Positions 1 through 9,439 of a stretch of 32,000 bases of DNA are shown piece after piece; the first letter of the stretch is position 1; each line of letters opens with the position of its first letter. This stretch comes from an uncultured Fibrobacteraceae bacterium (GTDB taxonomy: Bacteria > Fibrobacterota > Chitinivibrionia > Chitinivibrionales > Chitinispirillaceae), in contig CAVTJU010000003.1 of NCBI GenBank assembly GCA_963735155.1, forward strand, positions 1,147,319 to 1,179,318. The letters run 5' to 3'. The notes beneath the pieces are model-generated. The model ran no database searches and was not told where the DNA came from. It saw nothing but the letters and a program-made list of their open reading frames with translations. Both the position numbers and the translations under genes were made by a program.

Positions 1-8
1 AGTAAATC

Positions 9-3000
9 TTAACGTCCAATTCCTATTAATCCAACATGTCTGGAGTCTTTATACTTCTTAAGGATTTTCGGGTCACCAGAGTAATCGAGAGTAACTACTA
101 CTTTGTAAATACCAGGAGCTACCTTCATTCCTTCAGAATTGGAACCATTCCAGTAGAGATCGATAGAATAGACAGTTGTATTTCCAATTGCTCCCTGTGG
201 AATAGTCGTAAAAATGTTAGGATGCTCTTTTGAGGCAACAAGGTTACCGGCGATATCATGAATCTTTACCTGGCATCGTAAGCGAATCAGATCTTTTTCA
301 TTTCCGTCTGGAAGCACAATCGGGAATGTAATAACAGTGCCTCCATTATCAGTGCGAACCCACGAACGTGCATTCATTTCATGAACGATATTGAAAACCC
401 CCGGACCTGTACGGCGGAATGTCGGTACAGCAGGATTCGGTACAGAGTAGAGCGGCGGATTTTTAGTATTAATAATCAGCACCATAGATTTACGGTTGTT
501 GAGTACAGGAGTATTTCCCGCACCGCCATTGACATCTTTGAGATATGGAATTGAATCCGTCAGGCTGAAGAAATATCTGGATGATATATCAACACCATTG
601 GAAGTAAAAAACTGCAGCTGTGTTCCGTTATAGCTGAGAATATTATTTATACCTATAAGAACACTATCGACACGAACGTATTTGCCTTCCGAATTAAGTT
701 CCCAGACATAGAACATTTTATAAGGTGCATCAGCACTGGTAGGTTTACTTCCATCAATTACTCTTACAACCGGTTCGCTAAATTCGATTGTTATGAGATC
801 TTTTTTGCGGTCTTCGATATCATTGATCTGTTTGGTTACTTTCCAGATTACAGGGCCGGCGCCATCTGTTGTTTTTAAATTGATAATTGATTCTAACTGA
901 AGCGGATTGAAACCTGCATAAGATATGGTAGGTGTCCAGGCCGTCTGAGGAACTTCTGTTACATTTTCCTTTAATACCAGATGCCATATCGTGTCTTTCT
1001 GGCCATGATTACCGCTTATGCTGTCTATTTGGAAAATAGTATTATTGTACTGAATAGTCATTCCCGGGAATAGGAATCCCTGAGGCAGTGTAACACCTTT
1101 ATTAAATATTAAGTCGATCCCATCAAGTAAACCATCTCCATCAGTATCGCGGGTAATTGCTGTCTTTACCTGAGCAAGTGGCCCGGTCAATTTGACAACT
1201 GTTTTGCTTGATATCAACGGGAAGTCATTTGAATTTGCTTTCAATACTCCGGAGGTATTGTCAATAACACCTGAAGCATCATACAGAATTCGGGATACTT
1301 TCAAAGGGTTAATGATTGGTGGAATCGTTGGGTCTGAACTCCAGTTACTTGTTTCAGGACCGCGCCGGTTTCCATATTTATCATATCCAATTGCAACGAC
1401 CATTACATCTTTGTCGTGATAGGTCAGGACCAGAGTATCCAGTACCGCTTTCCCATCTCTTTCTAGTACGATATTATCAAGCTTTCCAGGAAGCACCTCG
1501 AATGGCGGTGTTTCTGCTTTTATGGTTCCTATGTTGACTATGATCTGATGAAGGCTATCAGTATTTTGCGTAGCGTAGAAAAGCCGCAGATCAACAGTAT
1601 CAACGGCATTATGGAAACACTGCTTGTCAGTCAAATTGGACAGGTATACCGTATCTTTTCCATTCAGGATTACAAAAGGTTTTGGTCTTCCTGTTGGATC
1701 AAGAATATCGCTGTATCTAACCTGAGTCATATCAAAACAATATTCTCCGGGTACTTTACCGTCCTGGTTGTAAATTGTCACCACAGCGATAATCGGCTCG
1801 CCTGCGATTCTTTGATCCTTTGGAGTTACTATATCGATAGTCACTCTGGTCGGAGGCCCGATTGTAAACTTAGCGTCTATTGTGTCCGGTTTTGTAACCA
1901 GATCATTTCCCAATGTAACTCTGATCCAACCGGTACCAGTATCGCTTGGTGAGAAAAACCACAGATGTGCTTTTCCGGGAGCTGGCGGCTGGGTTTTCAG
2001 ATTGGTACTGGTTTCCCATTTAGCATCTACATCCTCCCATAAAGCTGTATCAGACCGTAATCCTTGAACCCGGATCGTTGTATCCTGATTGGTATTCATT
2101 GTTAATGAATTTATGACAACGTTCCCGCTGAGAATCCGAAGTGCGGTGTAGTGATAAGGGAGTAGTTTTACTACTGTAGTATCACGAAAACCTATTACAT
2201 CAACCGCGAATACTTTTGCAGTACCTACCATCTGCTTTCGTTCGATAACACCTTCACCTAAATTGACATTGCCTTTTTTAATGGTAATGATCGAATCGTT
2301 GTTTACAACACCCCATTCACTTACATTAGCATAGTTTACGTAATTACCGAGAGAATCTCTTAACACTGCATAAACCGATGTATTGTTCATACTATCAGTT
2401 ACCATGACCGTATCGATCGGATTTGGCTTGTTGGGGCTACTCTTCCAGTTTGGACTGCCTTCAATAACCAGCTGTGCGGGTTTGTTAGGAACAATTTTCA
2501 ATAGAACTGTATCCCGAATGATTGTCTGATTGTATAACAGAGAAGAAATAATGTAGACAGACTGATACGCTTTAACAGGTAAGAATCTTCGTGCGTGACC
2601 GATGGAATCATCCATTTTACCTGTTGAATCAAATCCCGGCATTTCCTGAACAGCCCAGTGAATTTGTTTACTTTTGTTGCTTTCCAGTTCGTATTCAGGC
2701 AACCATACATTTTTATGATCCAGAATCTTTGCAACCACAGGAAATGGAACACCGGCTGAATCGATCAAAGTATCGGTCGGATTTGGATAAGGTGGATTCG
2801 AGCCATCTACCGGTCCTTCTTTACCGTAAAGAACCAGTTTCGATGGTAATCCTGGCAGAACTGTTACATCGATCGTATCAGGAACAGAGCTTCCCATTGA
2901 CAGAATTATCTTTCCATGGCCTGTATCACCTGGTGCAAAATCCCAAAAATTAGATTTCAGTAAATTCATCGTCTTGCCAGTTGAAGTAATATATACCCAA

Positions 3001-6000
3001 TCTCCGCTGACTGATACCCATTGTTGATTATAAGATAACAAGCCTTGTGCTTTGAGAGTGGTATCCTGATCAGATCTCATGGTCAGTTTTTCGATTCTGG
3101 TCGATTCATCTACAACAATTCTCAGTGAATCGTAAGAAAAATCAGAAAGTACAACGTCGACTGTATCTCTTAATAAAGGATTCAGGCGATTTGTTGCAAC
3201 CACTTTAGTCTGGTTAATAGTTCCAATTCTTAGAACCTTTCCCTCACCAACCTGTGGAACACTTTCTTCTGCTTTAACTATTAAGATATCAAGGCTCTTC
3301 CAGTCGGTACTGGTAGAGTGCGATACAAAATTTCCATTTATATCACGCAAAATGGCATAGGCGGTCTTTACCGTATCCTTTTTACCAAAATCAATCGAAC
3401 CCAGGGGTTGATCATCGGTAAGCGCTAAACCGGTTATATTTGGAGTTCCTTCAATTACCAGATGATGTGCCGCTCCCGGAATTACGGTGAATGTGACTTG
3501 TGTTGTGAGCGGATCTTTATCGCCCTCTTTAAACCGTGCTGTAATTGTATATGTATTGTATGCATTCAATGGTGTAAAGGTGTTTATGTATCCATCACGG
3601 GATTTAAGTGAATCCGCAGGTGCAACTCCATTGACTTTGACAATCGTCCATGAAATCAGCTGTTTACTTGTGGCGTCGTTTTCGTATGCCGGTAACCAGA
3701 TTCCATTGCGATCGAATACTTTTGCAACGAGCGGTGTGGGTATTCCCGCAATAATGGTATCAGTTTTTGTTGTAGAATATGGATGTTGGACAAGAGGATT
3801 GCCTACTTCCTTGTATATCGCAATTTTCCCTGGAAGTCCGGGCAGGAAGACAGCGTAAACTGAATCAGGAACCGCTGTACCTCTGGTTACTTTTATCCAG
3901 CCAGTTCCAACTGAATCCGGAATGATAATCCAATTGTTAACCATATCACTGGGCACTTGAGTTTTGGTTTTTAGATTACCGGTGGTACTCCAATTTGCCG
4001 GCACAAGTTCCCAACTCTGGTTATCAGATCGCATACCTTCAACATACAATTTGATCTGTTCATCAGTACGAACGGCAATACTGTCAATGTATTTTGGACC
4101 GTTATCAAGCAGATAAATTCTTAATTTTGTGTAGTTGATATTTTGGACTTCAACGGGAACTGTATCCTGGAAGTTCTTAACGGTATCGATCGCGACCATC
4201 TTTGAACTTCCCACTGTAGAGTTCCTAAGTGCAACTCCTTCACCTAAATTAATCAATCCTTTGTCAGCTTTAAAGACCGATGTGTCAAGGCTGAGCCATT
4301 TGGTTGCTTTTGAATAGTCTACGAAATTTCCAAACCGGTCGCGAAGTATGGCATAATCATACCCTAATGTCTGGTCTGACCGTATAACCAGCGCAGACAG
4401 AGGATCGTCATTTATTGAATCTTTAATCTGCGCAGATTCCTCAATTACCAAATGATGCGCCGCGTCTGGCTTGATGTAGAGATACATTGAATCGGATAAA
4501 TTGTTTAATGTCGCTTTTACAAGCACAAGCCGGTAGGCACGAGTAGAGGAAAATGTCGTAGAATAACCGGTTAAAGCTGACAGTGTTACTTCATTGACAG
4601 GAGTAACTGACCATTTTATCTGCTGTGAAAGTGTATAATCAGACTCGTATTCTGAGAGCCATTTTGAATATGAATCGAAAAGTTTTGCATATAATTTTGT
4701 GTAAACAGCCCCGGCTGTAACAGTATCTGAAACAATTGGCGGTTGCGGGTGAGAAGCTGTTGTACCTGGATTGCCTTTTATCGGATAGAGCACAAGAGAT
4801 ATTGGAACTCCGGTAGTAAAAACAACTGGAATTGAAGCGCTTGGGCTTGTGCCTGTCAATCTAACTGAAATGGTACCATGCCCAGTATCGACAGGAGAAA
4901 AACGCCAGGCATTCTGCCCTGATGGAGGTGTGGGATTGGTCCGTAAATTGATTGAGATGTTCCAGTTTCCCGGTACATCCACCCAGCCACCAGAACCTGG
5001 AGGACCAATGCGGTCGGTACGTAATCCCTGGACATAGAGCGTTGTCGTATCTGATGTTCGCATGGTAAGAGAGTAGATTCTTTCGAGTCTTCCCTGGGCA
5101 ATATTGAACTGCATTATTCGTAAAGAATCATAAGTCGTATTCTCTATTGTAACTTTTACCGTATCCATGAATGTGGTGGGTAGATCTACTGCTCTAAAAT
5201 AGGTAATACCGGGATTACCTCGTTTTGTGACAATACCCTCACCAATAGCAGCGGTTCCATTTCTTACAGTAATCAAACCATACGGGGTCAAAGTATCCCA
5301 TCTGGTTACAGTTGAGAATGAGACCCGATTTGTAAACCTGTCACGCAAAACCGCGAACCCACGGGCTTCAGTTTGTGCCGGTCCTATTGTAATTGAGCTG
5401 TTTCCTCCAATTGGATTATCTCCGAAATCGGGAGGTGTTGAGGAGCCTTCAATTACCAGATGGTGCGCTGGACCAGGGCGAACCCAGATACGGGCGGTAT
5501 CCCGGATTATCGCTCCTTTATTATTATACTCTGCGTAAATAGTAACATAACGATACGCCTGTTCAGCAGTATATCTCACTGTTTCACCGTAGTTATTGCC
5601 TACAAATCGGTCACCAGGTCGGAGTGAAATGAAGTCCCAGGTAATTCTTGAGGTGACAGTAGGATCTTTAATAGTATCACCTTTTTGATCGATGATAAAT
5701 GCTTTGAGGCTGTCAATATCACCAGCTGTAATTGTATCATCCTCTGTTTGAATAATCAGTGATGTAGGTACAGAGAGTGTGTGAGCAAGAGATGCAAACA
5801 TTATAGCGTCATAGACAATCTGCTGCGAAGCTACTGAATTTGCGAGGAACTGTGGTTGGAAAGAAACCGCAACACCGCGACGAATAGTTGGTCCGCGTAC
5901 CGGATCCTGAACAGTATCCTGAATCGCCACAAGCACGTTAAGATCTTGGTCGCCGCCACGAGCTGGTTGTGCCTGTCCATTCAGAAATCCCTGCTGGTAT

Positions 6001-6746
6001 CCCAGCATTGTTAACCAATCTGGTCTTGTTACCGTATAACGATCCGCATCTGCCTGGCATCTTCCTTTATTGCGAGGCAAAAACTGCATTACTTCTCTGC
6101 CGCTTAATATTCTATCAACAGTATTGGAAATAATCCCATTCGCTCCTGGATATTCCAGATTTCCACTTCTATCATATACTTTAAGCCGGTTATCATTTGA
6201 TCGTTGCAATCCTATCCAGAGTGAATCGATAGTGAGAGCATCTCCTAAAGGAGGGGGCACATTATTAACATTATTGAATCCGAATGTTTCATTTGCTAAA
6301 TTTGCTGCATCATCGCCAACAGAAACGACGCCTATTTTTCGACGTACTGCTTCCTTGAGAGTATTTTCTAGATCGCCTTCATTCCATCCATTTGACCAAC
6401 CAGCATTCACATGGACAATTACATGCGGAAGCCGGCTTGCTCCCCACAGATTTTCAACCTCTGACCAGGAAACCTTATCTGATGTAGTATTAAGGAGAAC
6501 TCTTATGTTAGGAACTTGAGAAATATCAAGTGCTTTTAAAACGAAATCCCGTGTTTTTTGCCCAACTGGTTGATGCAAGCTTGCATTACTGCAATCGTAT
6601 CCCTCAGGATTATTCCAGATGATAGCAATGCGTACAGTATCTTCGTATTGGTGATTGACTCTGTAAGGAGCTTGTCCAAGAGCGGAAATACTCACAAATA
6701 AGACTGTGAGAAAGCTCAACCACAAATAGTGACTTCGTTTTTGCAT
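9..6746 (-). CDS. Very large secreted/surface protein: N-terminal signal peptide, unassigned N-terminal domain, four repeated Ig/invasin-like supermodules, FlgD-Ig-like C-terminal domain
   Basis: Single ORF open to 6821; best start is ATG at 6746 (MQKRSHYLWLSFLTVLFVSISALG, typical signal peptide) preceded by GGGAGAAT-type RBS. Repeated motifs AHHLVIEG..., LTMRTxQDTTLxVQGLRSD...W..V...W, LPGLPxKLVLY...NP. C-terminus 'VKIHDIAGNLVAS...DLYWNGSNSEGMKVAPGIYKVVVTL' resembles the FlgD-Ig/CHU-type C-terminal pattern. Confidence 0.85.
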   Translation of the reverse strand: MQKRSHYLWLSFLTVLFVSISALGQAPYRVNHQYEDTVRIAIIWNNPEGYDCSNASLHQPVGQKTRDFVLKALDISQVPNIRVLLNTTSDKVSWSEVENLWGASRLPHVIVHVNAGWSNGWNEGDLENTLKEAVRRKIGVVSVGDDAANLANETFGFNNVNNVPPPLGDALTIDSLWIGLQRSNDNRLKVYDRSGNLEYPGANGIISNTVDRILSGREVMQFLPRNKGRCQADADRYTVTRPDWLTMLGYQQGFLNGQAQPARGGDQDLNVLVAIQDTVQDPVRGPTIRRGVAVSFQPQFLANSVASQQIVYDAIMFASLAHTLSVPTSLIIQTEDDTITAGDIDSLKAFIIDQKGDTIKDPTVTSRITWDFISLRPGDRFVGNNYGETVRYTAEQAYRYVTIYAEYNNKGAIIRDTARIWVRPGPAHHLVIEGSSTPPDFGDNPIGGNSSITIGPAQTEARGFAVLRDRFTNRVSFSTVTRWDTLTPYGLITVRNGTAAIGEGIVTKRGNPGITYFRAVDLPTTFMDTVKVTIENTTYDSLRIMQFNIAQGRLERIYSLTMRTSDTTTLYVQGLRTDRIGPPGSGGWVDVPGNWNISINLRTNPTPPSGQNAWRFSPVDTGHGTISVRLTGTSPSASIPVVFTTGVPISLVLYPIKGNPGTTASHPQPPIVSDTVTAGAVYTKLYAKLFDSYSKWLSEYESDYTLSQQIKWSVTPVNEVTLSALTGYSTTFSSTRAYRLVLVKATLNNLSDSMYLYIKPDAAHHLVIEESAQIKDSINDDPLSALVIRSDQTLGYDYAILRDRFGNFVDYSKATKWLSLDTSVFKADKGLINLGEGVALRNSTVGSSKMVAIDTVKNFQDTVPVEVQNINYTKLRIYLLDNGPKYIDSIAVRTDEQIKLYVEGMRSDNQSWELVPANWSTTGNLKTKTQVPSDMVNNWIIIPDSVGTGWIKVTRGTAVPDSVYAVFLPGLPGKIAIYKEVGNPLVQHPYSTTKTDTIIAGIPTPLVAKVFDRNGIWLPAYENDATSKQLISWTIVKVNGVAPADSLKSRDGYINTFTPLNAYNTYTITARFKEGDKDPLTTQVTFTVIPGAAHHLVIEGTPNITGLALTDDQPLGSIDFGKKDTVKTAYAILRDINGNFVSHSTSTDWKSLDILIVKAEESVPQVGEGKVLRIGTINQTKVVATNRLNPLLRDTVDVVLSDFSYDSLRIVVDESTRIEKLTMRSDQDTTLKAQGLLSYNQQWVSVSGDWVYITSTGKTMNLLKSNFWDFAPGDTGHGKIILSMGSSVPDTIDVTVLPGLPSKLVLYGKEGPVDGSNPPYPNPTDTLIDSAGVPFPVVAKILDHKNVWLPEYELESNKSKQIHWAVQEMPGFDSTGKMDDSIGHARRFLPVKAYQSVYIISSLLYNQTIIRDTVLLKIVPNKPAQLVIEGSPNWKSSPNKPNPIDTVMVTDSMNNTSVYAVLRDSLGNYVNYANVSEWGVVNNDSIITIKKGNVNLGEGVIERKQMVGTAKVFAVDVIGFRDTTVVKLLPYHYTALRILSGNVVINSLTMNTNQDTTIRVQGLRSDTALWEDVDAKWETSTNLKTQPPAPGKAHLWFFSPSDTGTGWIRVTLGNDLVTKPDTIDAKFTIGPPTRVTIDIVTPKDQRIAGEPIIAVVTIYNQDGKVPGEYCFDMTQVRYSDILDPTGRPKPFVILNGKDTVYLSNLTDKQCFHNAVDTVDLRLFYATQNTDSLHQIIVNIGTIKAETPPFEVLPGKLDNIVLERDGKAVLDTLVLTYHDKDVMVVAIGYDKYGNRRGPETSNWSSDPTIPPIINPLKVSRILYDASGVIDNTSGVLKANSNDFPLISSKTVVKLTGPLAQVKTAITRDTDGDGLLDGIDLIFNKGVTLPQGFLFPGMTIQYNNTIFQIDSISGNHGQKDTIWHLVLKENVTEVPQTAWTPTISYAGFNPLQLESIINLKTTDGAGPVIWKVTKQINDIEDRKKDLITIEFSEPVVRVIDGSKPTSADAPYKMFYVWELNSEGKYVRVDSVLIGINNILSYNGTQLQFFTSNGVDISSRYFFSLTDSIPYLKDVNGGAGNTPVLNNRKSMVLIINTKNPPLYSVPNPAVPTFRRTGPGVFNIVHEMNARSWVRTDNGGTVITFPIVLPDGNEKDLIRLRCQVKIHDIAGNLVASKEHPNIFTTIPQGAIGNTTVYSIDLYWNGSNSEGMKVAPGIYKVVVTLDYSGDPKILKKYKDSRHVGLIGIGR

Positions 6747-7183
6747 CATAAAATTCTCCCTTAATGATCGAATCTGTTTTTTGATCATTTTATAATCTAA
6801 GTATACAATTATACAATCCAAATAATATATAACTGAGAACAGAAATAGTAACCAGTTGGATAATAAAAATCAATATTTTAAATACATAAAAATTGGATTA
6901 GAACTTGAATTTCAGCCAGCTTTGAATTCATCATAATTACTCCTTCATGTTGGGTTATTCCATAGTAATTATTTAGTACTATGCAATATAAATAAGGTAA
7001 ACTTAATAAGGTATTTAATTCAATCAACTTAACATGTGTCCTTAACAAGAATGGAAAATGCAGAGTTGTGAAGTAATTTTTTTGGGGAAAAACAGGGGCG
7101 AGATTCTTAATTGATGGCTATGCGGTTTATAATTTCAGTGCAGGCCCGACAAATCTTCGATCGCAGGTTTGATGATGAAAAAC

Positions 7184-7454
7184 CATGCAGAAATCACAAA
7201 CTCCCATGCAGAAATCACAAATCCCCATGCAGAAATCACAAACTCCCATGCAGAAATCACAAACTCCCATGCAGAAATCACAAACTCCCGTGCAGAAATC
7301 ATCGCAACCTGCGCAGATATAACACAACCTCATACAGAAATCGTGGAAACTCACAATGAATTCGCAAAACCTCATATATCAACAGATAAATTCCCTTTCA
7401 GAAATAACGTACTCCCATGCAGAAATAACGTACTCCCATGCAGAAATCATGAAT
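7184..7454 (+). repeat. 21-bp tandem repeat array 1, consensus CATGCAGAAATCACAAACTCC, about 13 units, well conserved at 7184-7309 and 7415-7450, degenerate between
   Basis: CAGAAAT-like core at 7188, 7209, 7230, 7251, 7272, 7293, (7314 CAGATAT), 7335, then one-base phase slip and 7399, 7420, 7441. Units are contiguous with no spacers. Confidence 0.95.
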
Positions 7455-7470
7455 GCTCAGGGAATTTATA

Positions 7471-7735
7471 ATTTCTGCTCGGTTATCAGCAATTTCTGAT
7501 AGGGTACCAGCAATTTCTGATAGGGTACCAGCGATTTCTGATAGGGTACCAGCGATTTCTGATAGGGTACCAGCGATTTCTGATAGGGTACCAGCGATTT
7601 CTGATAGGGTACCAGCGATTTCTGATAGGGTATCAATGATTTCTGATAGGGTATCAATGATTTCTGGTAGGGTATCAATGATTTCTGGTAGGGTATCAAT
7701 GATTTCTGGTAGGGTATCAATGATTTCTGGGTGTG
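7471..7735 (+). repeat. 21-bp tandem repeat array 2, consensus ATTTCTGATAGGGTACCAGCG, 13 units including divergent ends; core is the reverse complement of array 1 core
   Basis: ATTTCTG at 7471, 7492, 7513, 7534, 7555, 7576, 7597, 7618, 7639, 7660, 7681, 7702, 7723, exactly 21 bp apart. Confidence 0.97.
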
Positions 7736-7829
7736 TCCAGAATTAACATGCGCGCTTCCTAAGTCCCTTTCGGGGAATTTTAGGTGGCGATAAATTTCAT
7801 GTAATACATCTATTTTGAATAAACACTAA

Positions 7830-8483
7830 TTACTTAGCATGTTTGATATCTTTCGCGTTCGCGTGGAAAATAACATCTTCTGAGATATTTGTAGAAAGGT
7901 CCGCTATGCGTTCAAGATTTTTACTTACTCTCAGGAGCTCCAGCGCACCTTCAACTGATGCTGCATTTTTTTTCACCATATTAATAACTTCACGAGTAAT
8001 CGATTTATTTAAATTGTCAACCTGATCATCCTGCTCAAGTACTTTTAAAGCTAATTGTGTATCTAATTTAACAATGCTGTTTATTGAATCTGAAAGCATA
8101 TTGATAGTGCATGATGCCATTAGTTCAATGTCATGACCAACCATAGGCTGTTGTAAGTTATTACAATTTATCGCTGATTGAGCAATATTTACCGCATGAT
8201 CTCCGATCCGCTCCAGATCCTTGTTGATTTTCTGAATTGAAAAGAGGAATCTGAGATCACTTGCAACCGGGGCTTTCAATGCCAGACATTCAAAAACTTC
8301 CTTGTCAATTTTGATCTCCATGGAATTTATTTCGCTGTCTTTGTAAATGACTGAATGGGCTAACTCGATATTCAATTTAAGAAATGCCTCATTTGCATTT
8401 CGCACCGATTCTTCAACAAGAGTAGCCATTTCTATAATCATTGTTCTTATGTGGTCGATTTCTTTCCCTAACTGCAAGATCAT
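7830..8483 (-). CDS. phoU: Phosphate signalling regulator PhoU (paralog 1)
   Basis: 217 aa; PhoU helical repeats 'INKDLERIGDHAVNIAQSA' and 'VSKNLERIADLSTNISEDVIF'; adjacent to pstB. Confidence 0.93.
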   Translation of the reverse strand: MILQLGKEIDHIRTMIIEMATLVEESVRNANEAFLKLNIELAHSVIYKDSEINSMEIKIDKEVFECLALKAPVASDLRFLFSIQKINKDLERIGDHAVNIAQSAINCNNLQQPMVGHDIELMASCTINMLSDSINSIVKLDTQLALKVLEQDDQVDNLNKSITREVINMVKKNAASVEGALELLRVSKNLERIADLSTNISEDVIFHANAKDIKHAK

Positions 8484-8663
8484 CTTTTCCCTCCACTATA
8501 TCATTTTTGAGTATATCATTTTCGAGCATTTAATTTTCTACTGATAATATTGAAACCTATACAACCCGTTTTACATCGCTCTACGCAAGGTGCTCCTTTG
8601 GTAATCTCAAATGAACATAATTATAAGAACCAGATATCGAATTTTCAATCAGGTATACTGTTG

Positions 8664-9437
8664 TTATCCGAACCGCCCGGTTACATAATCTTCCGTTTGT
8701 TTGATTTTCGGAGAAGTAAAAATTGCGTTTGTCGCATCAACTTCGATTAATTTTCCCATATAGAAAAAAGCGGTATAATCACTGATCCGGGCAGCCTGCT
8801 GCATATTATGGGTAACAATGACAATAGTGTAAGTTTTTTTTAACTCATCTATAAGTTCTTCAATTTTGAATGTTGATACAGGATCAAGAGCGCTTGCAGG
8901 TTCATCCATTAATAATACTTCAGGTTTTACAGCAAGTGCGCGGGCGATGCAGAGACGCTGCTGCTGACCACCGGAAAGAGCTAATGCGCTTTTGCCAAGG
9001 ACATCTTTTACCTCTTCCCATAAGGCTGCCCCGCGCAAGCAGCTTTCTACAATAGTATCAAGGTCCGCTTTAGAAGAGATTCCCTGGAGACGCGGACCAT
9101 ACGCAACATTCTCATAAATAGTTTTAGGAAATGGATTTGACTTCTGAAAAATCATACCTACACGTTTGCGCAATGAGACTACATCGATATTTTTACTATA
9201 GATATTTATATTATCAAGCTTTATCGATCCATCCACTTTTGTACCAGGAATTGTATCGTTCATTCTGTTAAGTGTCCGAAGAAAGGTGGACTTTCCGCAT
9301 CCGGAAGGCCCAATAAGCGCAGTTACTGATTTGTCAGGTATATTGAGTGAAATGTTGAAGAGCGCTTGTGAACGGCCGTAGAAAAAATTAACATTATCGC
9401 ATTTGATTTTGAATCGTATATTTTCTTTCTGTGTCAT
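8664..9437 (-). CDS. pstB: Phosphate ABC transporter ATP-binding protein PstB
   Basis: 257 aa; Walker [43 protein letters not shown] signature/Walker B, C-terminal '[18 protein letters not shown]' typical of PstB. Confidence 0.96.
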   Translation of the reverse strand: MTQKENIRFKIKCDNVNFFYGRSQALFNISLNIPDKSVTALIGPSGCGKSTFLRTLNRMNDTIPGTKVDGSIKLDNINIYSKNIDVVSLRKRVGMIFQKSNPFPKTIYENVAYGPRLQGISSKADLDTIVESCLRGAALWEEVKDVLGKSALALSGGQQQRLCIARALAVKPEVLLMDEPASALDPVSTFKIEELIDELKKTYTIVIVTHNMQQAARISDYTAFFYMGKLIEVDATNAIFTSPKIKQTEDYVTGRFG

Positions 9438-9439
9438 AA

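Noticed and set aside
1192-6519. Plus-strand ORFs opposite the giant surface protein (e.g. 1192..1419, 1548..1952, 3487..3858, 6070..6519)
   Set aside because: Antisense shadows of a long well-supported coding sequence with signal peptide and repeated domains.
7184-7735. CRISPR array
   Set aside because: Units are contiguous 21-mers with no unique spacers and no cas genes nearby.
9-7735. Diversity-generating retroelement or phase-variation cassette linking the giant protein and the nearby repeats
   Set aside because: No reverse transcriptase or recombinase in the window, and the 21-bp units do not match the protein's coding repeats.
7111-7746. Six-frame ORFs such as 7127..7375, 7169..7471, 7453..7746 and 7466..7720 as real genes
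   Set aside because: They arise because a stop-free 21-bp repeat is open in many frames; no RBS or non-repeat domain supports any one of them. Left as an open question in findings, not listed as CDS.
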